Origin: Bacillus subtilis subsp. subtilis str. 168
GTDB lineage: Bacteria > Bacillota > Bacilli > Bacillales > Bacillaceae
Direction: 5' to 3'
Assembly (NCBI RefSeq): GCF_000009045.1
Contig: NC_000964.3
Span: 1,323,732-1,363,731 of the forward strand
Length of the DNA stretch: 40,000 bases
Shown one piece after another: positions 34,205 through 40,000 of the stretch. How positions within the stretch are numbered: the stretch's first letter is position 1; each line of letters opens with the position of its first letter. The notes beneath the pieces are model-generated. The model was given only the letters and a program-made list of their open reading frames with translations, had not been told where the DNA came from and ran no database searches. The position numbers and the translations under genes were made by a program.

Positions 34205-35554
34205 TTACGAAGTTTTCTCTTCTTTTTGATCCAGTTTAATTTTTTTCGTCATTTCTTTGCCGTTTCGGAGAATTTTCACTTCAACGGTATCACCGATCTT
34301 TGCGTCTTTATATAAGATATTGCGCAATTCACTGCCTGTATCAATTTCTTTACCTTTTAGGCCGATGATAATATCCTCCGCTTTTAATCCGGCCTTTTCA
34401 GCAGGAGAGCCTGAAGCGACCTCACGGATGTAAACGCCTTTATTCAGCTGGCTGCCGAACAGGCCGAGTGTGCCTTCTTGGTAATTTTGCGGCACTTGCT
34501 CTAGATCAAGCATGCTGACACCGATATATGGACGTTCAATTTGTCCTTTAGACAGCAATTCTTCAGCAATCGGTTTTACGTCATTGCTTGGAATGGCGAA
34601 TCCGATACCCTCAACATCATCCTCACTGATTTTCATACTGTTAATGCCGACAATTTTGCCGTCTGTATTTAACAAAGGACCGCCGCTGTTACCTGGATTA
34701 ATTGCTGCGTCTGTCTGAATGACGTTAATGCTCGTTTCGCCGGCTGATGTAGACATTGAAACCGTTCTGTCCACGCCGCTTACAATTCCTTGTGTTACTG
34801 TGCGGGACAGGTCTTTTCCAAGCGGATCCCCAATCGCAATAACGGTCTCGCCTGTTCTAAGATCAGATGAATCACCGAAGTTTGCCACTTTTGTGACGTG
34901 GTCATCACTGATTTGGAGGACGGCTAAATCAGTTAACGAGTCACTGCCTACCAGCTTTGCAGTAACCTCAGTGCCGTCATATAAAGATACCTTCAGTGAT
35001 GATGCCCCTTCTACGACGTGGTTATTTGTAATGATATAAGCCTTGCCATTCTCTTTTTTGAAAATGACACCTGACCCTGAACCGCTTTCTGTATCTTCGC
35101 TGGAATCAGAAGAACTAGAGCCGAACAAAGAGCTGTTTGATTGTGCCTGAAGATTTGTAATACCGACAATCGCTGGTGAAAGGTCTTCTACCATATCTGA
35201 GATTTTAGAAGAGTCCTCGCTCTTGAATGCAGATGAGCTGCTTGAGCTTTTTTTAGATTCAGAGGAGGTGCTTGTTGCTGTAACAGATTGCGTTTGCTGC
35301 TGGCTGGATGATTGTTTTGCAGTGTCCTGAGAATCATGGTCACCAAGCGGTGTAAACGTGTAAATGCCAAGAGCAAGACTGCCGCCGATCACTCCGCCAA
35401 GCAACGGTCTGAACCATCCGAATCCTCGTTTTTTCTTCTCCTGATCATGAATGACATTGCGGGCCGAGTAGGAGGCGCTCTGATCGTTCTCTTTCGTTAA
35501 AAAGACCTCATTCTCATTACCTTTCGTTCTGTTTTCATCACGATAGTTATCCAT
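34205..35554 (-). CDS. htrA: Membrane-anchored HtrA/DegP-family serine protease with PDZ domain
   Basis: ATG 35554 gives 449 aa; the ATG at 35557 is also possible. SD GGAGTG upstream. N-terminal TM anchor, Ser-rich linker, catalytic motifs TNNHVV, DLAVLQI and GNSGGPL, and a C-terminal PDZ. Confidence 0.93.
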   Translation of the reverse strand: MDNYRDENRTKGNENEVFLTKENDQSASYSARNVIHDQEKKKRGFGWFRPLLGGVIGGSLALGIYTFTPLGDHDSQDTAKQSSSQQQTQSVTATSTSSESKKSSSSSSAFKSEDSSKISDMVEDLSPAIVGITNLQAQSNSSLFGSSSSDSSEDTESGSGSGVIFKKENGKAYIITNNHVVEGASSLKVSLYDGTEVTAKLVGSDSLTDLAVLQISDDHVTKVANFGDSSDLRTGETVIAIGDPLGKDLSRTVTQGIVSGVDRTVSMSTSAGETSINVIQTDAAINPGNSGGPLLNTDGKIVGINSMKISEDDVEGIGFAIPSNDVKPIAEELLSKGQIERPYIGVSMLDLEQVPQNYQEGTLGLFGSQLNKGVYIREVASGSPAEKAGLKAEDIIIGLKGKEIDTGSELRNILYKDAKIGDTVEVKILRNGKEMTKKIKLDQKEEKTS

Positions 35555-35575
35555 CATGTTCACTCCGTTTCTCTA

Positions 35576-35690
35576 TTTTCACATGTCTATTTATATTGAT
35601 AGGTTTATGACTTGAGTTTATCATAAACAAAAACTGTGGGATAAAAATGAAAAGATTATGGGAAATTGTGAAAAAGTGCGGAAAACGGTA
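35576..35690 (-). promoter_or_regulatory. htrA control region with TTTTCACA-type octamer repeats (CssR-dependent promoter as I recall)
   Basis: The minus strand reads TTTTCCGC, TTTTCACA (plus coordinates 35667-35674), TTTTCATT and TTATCCCACA upstream of a TATAAA -10-like hexamer that lacks a good -35. An inverted copy (TTTTCACA on the plus strand, 35576-35583) lies in the 5' UTR. Confidence 0.5.
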
Positions 35691-35722
35691 CACTTCATAT
35701 TGTATATGAAAGGACTGAGTCG

Positions 35723-36541
35723 ATGGAACAGATTGGATTGATTGGATATGGCAGCATGGCGGATATGATCGCTAGACAGCTGTTGAAACATGAACAAATA
35801 AAAGAGAATGAGCTATTTATTGAGACGAGAACGAAGGGGGAGCGGCTGCGGGCACTCATGTCAGATTATCCAAACGTATCGGCTGATCCGTTGGAGAATT
35901 GGGCAAATACGTGCCAATTGATTTTGATATGCGTCCCGCCACTCCATGTCATCGAAACAATGCGCCGTCTGTACCCGTATGTGAACAGAAATACTCACAT
36001 CGTATCCATAGCTGCCGGTGTGCCGCTGCGTCTTTTGGAGGCAGAAACAGAAGCCGGTATCTCACGTGTTATTCCTGCCATTACGTCCGAAGCAGAAGCC
36101 GGCATCTCACTTGTCGTTCACAGTGAAGCACTGGCTGCAGAGAAAAAAGAACGTCTGAATGAATTGTTATCGGTTTTCAGCCGTGTACGGGAAATCAAAG
36201 AATCGAATTTAGATGTGGCCAGCAATTTAACGAGCTCGGCACCGGGATTCATAGCTGCAATCTTTGAAGAACTGGCACTGTCTGCCGTCAGAAACAGCAG
36301 CCTGTCCAAAGAAGAAGCCTTTGATTTTCTGATTCATTCGCTATACGGAACTGGCAAGATGCTGATCGAAAAAAATATGTCTTTCGAGGAGACGCTGGAA
36401 CGTGTTGCAACCAAAGGCGGAATAACGGGAGAGGGAGCTGAGGTGATACACGCCTCTGTGCCGGACGTTTTTGATGAGGTATTTGAAAGAACCCTGAGAA
36501 AATATGAACTGCTTACAGAACAGGTTGGTAAACAAACATGA
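35723..36541 (+). CDS. proG: Pyrroline-5-carboxylate reductase paralogue
   Basis: 272 aa. N-terminal dinucleotide-binding motif (IGLIGYGSMA) and a P5CR C-terminal domain. Recognised as ProG (YkeA). Confidence 0.88.
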   Translation: MEQIGLIGYGSMADMIARQLLKHEQIKENELFIETRTKGERLRALMSDYPNVSADPLENWANTCQLILICVPPLHVIETMRRLYPYVNRNTHIVSIAAGVPLRLLEAETEAGISRVIPAITSEAEAGISLVVHSEALAAEKKERLNELLSVFSRVREIKESNLDVASNLTSSAPGFIAAIFEELALSAVRNSSLSKEEAFDFLIHSLYGTGKMLIEKNMSFEETLERVATKGGITGEGAEVIHASVPDVFDEVFERTLRKYELLTEQVGKQT

Positions 36542-36567
36542 ATCCTTGAAAGAGGATTCTTTTTTTA
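36540..36567 (+). terminator. proG terminator
   Basis: GAATCCT (36540-36546) pairs with AGGATTC (36553-36559), loop TGAAAG, followed by TTTTTTT. Confidence 0.8.
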
Positions 36568-36599
36568 TCACTGAATGATTGAGATTTTTCCCAGTTATA

Positions 36600-36628
36600 T
36601 TGCATTTTTCCTCTTTTTTTAATATAAT
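36600..36628 (+). promoter_or_regulatory. Sigma-A-type promoter of the dpp operon
   Basis: TTGCAT (36600-36605), 17-nt spacer, TATAAT (36623-36628), about 40 nt upstream of the dppA ATG. The AT-rich AATTTGTTAGAATATT just downstream resembles a degenerate CodY box. Confidence 0.65.
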
Positions 36629-36669
36629 TTGTTAGAATATTCATAATTTAGTAAAAAAGGAGGAGCGTT

Positions 36670-37494
36670 ATGAAATTGTACATGTCAGTAGATATGGAAG
36701 GTATTTCGGGTCTTCCGGACGATACCTTTGTGGATTCCGGCAAGCGGAATTATGAACGCGGACGGCTTATCATGACTGAAGAAGCAAACTACTGTATTGC
36801 TGAAGCGTTTAACAGCGGGTGTACCGAGGTGCTGGTCAATGACAGTCATTCGAAGATGAATAATCTGATGGTTGAAAAGCTTCACCCTGAAGCAGACTTG
36901 ATTTCTGGTGACGTCAAACCATTTTCAATGGTGGAGGGACTGGATGATACGTTTAGAGGCGCTTTGTTTCTCGGTTATCATGCGAGAGCCTCGACTCCTG
37001 GTGTCATGTCACACAGCATGATTTTCGGCGTCCGTCATTTTTACATAAACGATCGGCCTGTCGGTGAGCTTGGATTAAATGCATACGTTGCCGGTTATTA
37101 TGATGTCCCGGTATTAATGGTAGCCGGGGATGACCGGGCGGCGAAGGAAGCAGAAGAGCTTATCCCGAACGTGACGACAGCCGCAGTCAAACAAACCATT
37201 TCAAGATCCGCAGTGAAGTGCTTGTCGCCTGCGAAAGCCGGACGGCTGTTGACAGAAAAAACCGCATTTGCCCTGCAAAACAAGGACAAAGTCAAGCCGC
37301 TCACACCGCCTGACAGGCCAGTTCTGAGCATTGAATTCGCCAATTATGGCCAAGCAGAATGGGCGAATCTGATGCCGGGAACGGAAATCAAGACGGGAAC
37401 TACAACCGTTCAATTTCAGGCGAAGGACATGCTTGAAGCCTATCAGGCGATGCTTGTCATGACTGAGCTTGCGATGCGGACATCATTCTGCTAA
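36670..37494 (+). CDS. dppA: D-aminopeptidase (peptidase M55)
   Basis: 274 aa, SD AAAGGAGGAG upstream. Recognised N-terminus MKLYMSVDMEGISG. Confidence 0.93.
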   Translation: MKLYMSVDMEGISGLPDDTFVDSGKRNYERGRLIMTEEANYCIAEAFNSGCTEVLVNDSHSKMNNLMVEKLHPEADLISGDVKPFSMVEGLDDTFRGALFLGYHARASTPGVMSHSMIFGVRHFYINDRPVGELGLNAYVAGYYDVPVLMVAGDDRAAKEAEELIPNVTTAAVKQTISRSAVKCLSPAKAGRLLTEKTAFALQNKDKVKPLTPPDRPVLSIEFANYGQAEWANLMPGTEIKTGTTTVQFQAKDMLEAYQAMLVMTELAMRTSFC

Positions 37495-37510
37495 AGGGGT
37501 GTTTTAGGCT

Positions 37511-38437
37511 TTGGCGCGATACATGATAAAGCGTTTTTGGGCAATGGCAGCTACGATTTTGGTGATTACCACCCTGACTTTTGTTCTCATGAAGGTCATT
37601 CCCGGATCTCCTTTTAACGAGGAGAGAGGCACAAATGAAGCCGTTCAAAAAAATCTCGAAGCCTACTATCACTTAGACGATCCTCTCATTTTCCAATACA
37701 TTTTCTACTTAAAATCCATCATTACATTCGATTTCGGACCTTCAATTAAAAAACCGTCGGACAGCGTAAATGATATGCTGGAACGCGGATTTCCCGTTTC
37801 CTTTGAGCTTGGGATGACAGCGATTGTCATTGCTGTGATTTCTGGGCTGGTGCTGGGCGTAATCGCTGCACTCCGCCGCAATGGCTTTTTGGACTACGCC
37901 GCGATGAGTCTTGCAGTACTCGGCATCTCCATCCCGAATTTTATTCTGGCAACATTGCTCATTCAGCAATTTGCTGTCAATCTCAAACTATTTCCCGCTG
38001 CGACATGGACGAGCCCGATTCATATGGTGCTTCCGACCGCAGCGCTTGCTGTAGGGCCAATGGCGATCATTGCCAGGCTGACACGGTCGAGCATGGTCGA
38101 AGTTCTGACACAGGATTATATCCGCACAGCAAAAGCAAAAGGGCTTTCTCCGTTCAAAATTATCGTAAAACACGCACTCAGAAATGCACTCATGCCCGTC
38201 ATTACCGTCCTGGGCACACTCGTCGCCAGCATCTTAACAGGAAGCTTTGTCATTGAAAAAATCTTTGCCATTCCGGGAATGGGAAAATATTTTGTTGAAA
38301 GCATTAATCAGCGGGACTACCCCGTGATTATGGGAACGACCGTTTTTTACAGCGTCATTCTGATTATCATGCTGTTTTTGGTCGATTTGGCCTACGGTCT
38401 CTTAGACCCGCGCATTAAACTGCATAAGAAAGGGTGA
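37511..38437 (+). CDS. dppB: Dipeptide ABC transporter permease
   Basis: 308 aa from TTG 37511, with GGGGTG 10 nt upstream. Six TM helices and a permease EAA-type loop (YIRTAKAKGLSPFKIIVKHALRNA). Confidence 0.92.
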   Translation: MARYMIKRFWAMAATILVITTLTFVLMKVIPGSPFNEERGTNEAVQKNLEAYYHLDDPLIFQYIFYLKSIITFDFGPSIKKPSDSVNDMLERGFPVSFELGMTAIVIAVISGLVLGVIAALRRNGFLDYAAMSLAVLGISIPNFILATLLIQQFAVNLKLFPAATWTSPIHMVLPTAALAVGPMAIIARLTRSSMVEVLTQDYIRTAKAKGLSPFKIIVKHALRNALMPVITVLGTLVASILTGSFVIEKIFAIPGMGKYFVESINQRDYPVIMGTTVFYSVILIIMLFLVDLAYGLLDPRIKLHKKG

Positions 38438-38442
38438 AGCGT

Positions 38443-39405
38443 GTGAATCTCCCTGTACAAACGGATGAACGCCAGCCAGAACAGCACAATCAGGTGCCTG
38501 ATGAGTGGTTTGTCTTGAATCAGGAAAAAAATCGGGAAGCCGATTCGGTCAAGCGGCCGAGTTTGTCATACACGCAGGATGCCTGGAGGAGGCTGAAAAA
38601 AAATAAATTAGCGATGGCCGGACTCTTTATTCTTTTATTTCTTTTTGTCATGGCAGTTATCGGGCCCTTTTTATCGCCCCATAGTGTCGTACGCCAATCG
38701 CTGACAGAACAAAATCTTCCGCCCTCAGCCGATCATTGGTTCGGCACCGATGAACTCGGCCGGGATGTGTTTACCCGAACATGGTATGGCGCGAGAATCT
38801 CGTTGTTTGTCGGCGTGATGGCAGCACTGATTGATTTTTTGATCGGTGTCATTTACGGAGGCGTTGCCGGCTATAAAGGCGGCAGGATTGACAGCATTAT
38901 GATGCGGATTATCGAAGTGCTGTACGGACTGCCGTATCTGCTTGTTGTCATTTTGCTGATGGTGCTCATGGGACCGGGACTGGGCACGATTATTGTGGCG
39001 CTGACTGTGACCGGGTGGGTCGGCATGGCGAGAATTGTAAGAGGCCAGGTGCTTCAGATTAAAAATTATGAATATGTACTCGCCTCGAAAACCTTTGGCG
39101 CGAAAACCTTTCGCATCATCCGGAAGAATTTGCTGCCGAATACTATGGGAGCGATCATCGTACAAATGACATTAACCGTACCTGCCGCCATATTCGCAGA
39201 ATCATTTTTAAGCTTTCTCGGCCTGGGCATACAGGCTCCGTTTGCAAGTTGGGGCGTGATGGCGAATGACGGCCTGCCTACGATTTTATCTGGGCATTGG
39301 TGGCGCCTGTTTTTTCCGGCCTTTTTCATATCTCTGACGATGTACGCGTTTAATGTGCTGGGGGACGGATTGCAGGATGCGCTTGACCCTAAGCTGAGGA
39401 GGTAG
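38443..39405 (+). CDS. dppC: Dipeptide ABC transporter permease
   Basis: GTG 38443 gives 320 aa, the length I recall. The ORF-track GTG 38434 (323 aa) is an alternative. Permease loop EYVLASKTFGAKTFRIIRKNLLPN. Confidence 0.9.
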   Translation: MNLPVQTDERQPEQHNQVPDEWFVLNQEKNREADSVKRPSLSYTQDAWRRLKKNKLAMAGLFILLFLFVMAVIGPFLSPHSVVRQSLTEQNLPPSADHWFGTDELGRDVFTRTWYGARISLFVGVMAALIDFLIGVIYGGVAGYKGGRIDSIMMRIIEVLYGLPYLLVVILLMVLMGPGLGTIIVALTVTGWVGMARIVRGQVLQIKNYEYVLASKTFGAKTFRIIRKNLLPNTMGAIIVQMTLTVPAAIFAESFLSFLGLGIQAPFASWGVMANDGLPTILSGHWWRLFFPAFFISLTMYAFNVLGDGLQDALDPKLRR

Positions 39406-39409
39406 CTGT

Positions 39410-40000
39410 ATGGAAAAAGTTCTGTCAGTCCAAAATCTGCACGTGTCTTTTACGACTTACGGCGGGACGGTTCAGGCGGTCAGAGGGGTGAGCTTTGATT
39501 TGTATAAAGGAGAAACCTTTGCGATCGTCGGCGAATCCGGCTGCGGCAAAAGCGTTACCTCCCAAAGCATCATGGGCCTGCTTCCGCCTTATTCGGCGAA
39601 GGTGACAGACGGCAGGATTCTATTTAAAAACAAAGACCTTTGCCGTCTCTCTGACAAAGAAATGAGAGGTATAAGGGGAGCCGACATTTCTATGATTTTT
39701 CAAGACCCGATGACGGCGTTAAACCCTACGCTGACTGTCGGCGACCAGCTGGGGGAAGCGCTATTGCGCCACAAAAAAATGAGCAAAAAAGCGGCACGGA
39801 AAGAGGTGCTTTCCATGCTGTCATTGGTTGGTATTCCAGATCCCGGAGAGCGCCTAAAGCAATATCCCCACCAATTCAGCGGCGGTATGAGACAGCGGAT
39901 TGTCATTGCGATGGCGCTGATTTGCGAGCCTGATATCTTAATTGCGGATGAACCGACCACCGCCCTGGATGTAACCATTCAGGCACAGATTTTAGAGCTG
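39410..40000 (+). CDS. dppD: Dipeptide ABC transporter ATP-binding protein (5' part, truncated by the window end)
   Basis: Not in the ORF track because no stop falls in the window. ATG 39410 after GGAGG. Walker A GESGCGKS, signature FSGGMRQR, Walker B ILIADEPTTALD. The frame is open to position 40000. Confidence 0.92.
   Translation, partial: MEKVLSVQNLHVSFTTYGGTVQAVRGVSFDLYKGETFAIVGESGCGKSVTSQSIMGLLPPYSAKVTDGRILFKNKDLCRLSDKEMRGIRGADISMIFQDPMTALNPTLTVGDQLGEALLRHKKMSKKAARKEVLSMLSLVGIPDPGERLKQYPHQFSGGMRQRIVIAMALICEPDILIADEPTTALDVTIQAQILEL

Noticed and set aside
1-40000. Search for CRISPR-like spaced repeats, tRNA/rRNA genes, IS elements, integrase or recombinase genes, and att-like direct repeats at the prophage right end
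   Set aside because: None was seen by eye. The left prophage end is outside the window, so att repeats cannot be paired. No regularly spaced repeats, cloverleaf candidates or transposase-like ORFs appear in the six-frame track.

Overview
By gene order and protein sequence as I remember them (no search was possible), this window matches the Bacillus subtilis 168-type chromosome. Positions 1-24451 are the right-hand part of the defective prophage / phage-like bacteriocin PBSX. In order it carries xkdD-xtrA, the late sigma-like factor xpf, terminase xtmAB, head genes xkdE-G, neck genes, and the contractile tail genes (sheath xkdK, tube xkdM, chaperone xkdN/xkzB, tape measure xkdO). These are followed by the baseplate genes xkdP-xkdU, fibre genes xkzA-xkdV-xkdW-xkdX and the lysis cassette xepA-xhlA-xhlB-xlyA. 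Host genes follow: the spoIISC/B/A toxin-antitoxin locus (minus strand, convergent with xlyA), pit-ykaA, steT, mhqA, ykcB-ykcC, htrA, proG and dppABCD (dppD cut by the window end). I saw no rRNA, tRNA, CRISPR, transposase or integrase. Most of this is well-characterised biology, and I do not claim an obviously new multi-gene system. The items worth a second look are small or regulatory. (1) A very strong terminator lies directly in front of xpf with no room for a promoter behind it, and further terminators sit inside the late operon. (2) A canonical -1 frameshift heptamer lies at the end of xkdN. (3) The tape-measure gene appears to start at a non-AUG (ATC) codon. (4) Low-GC mosaic blocks cover xkdN through the 5' part of xkdO and the distal part of xkdV, whose C-terminus looks C1q/TNF-like. 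(5) A perfect SD followed by an ATG-TGA start-stop element precedes xhlA. (6) The PBSX lysis cassette and the SpoIIS toxin-antitoxin locus are coupled by convergent transcription. (7) Two small membrane-protein ORFs absent from the ORF track have good ribosome-binding sites: 48 aa upstream of ykcB and 58 aa downstream of htrA. Coordinates of hairpins and motifs were counted by hand from the sequence. GC statements are by-eye estimates.
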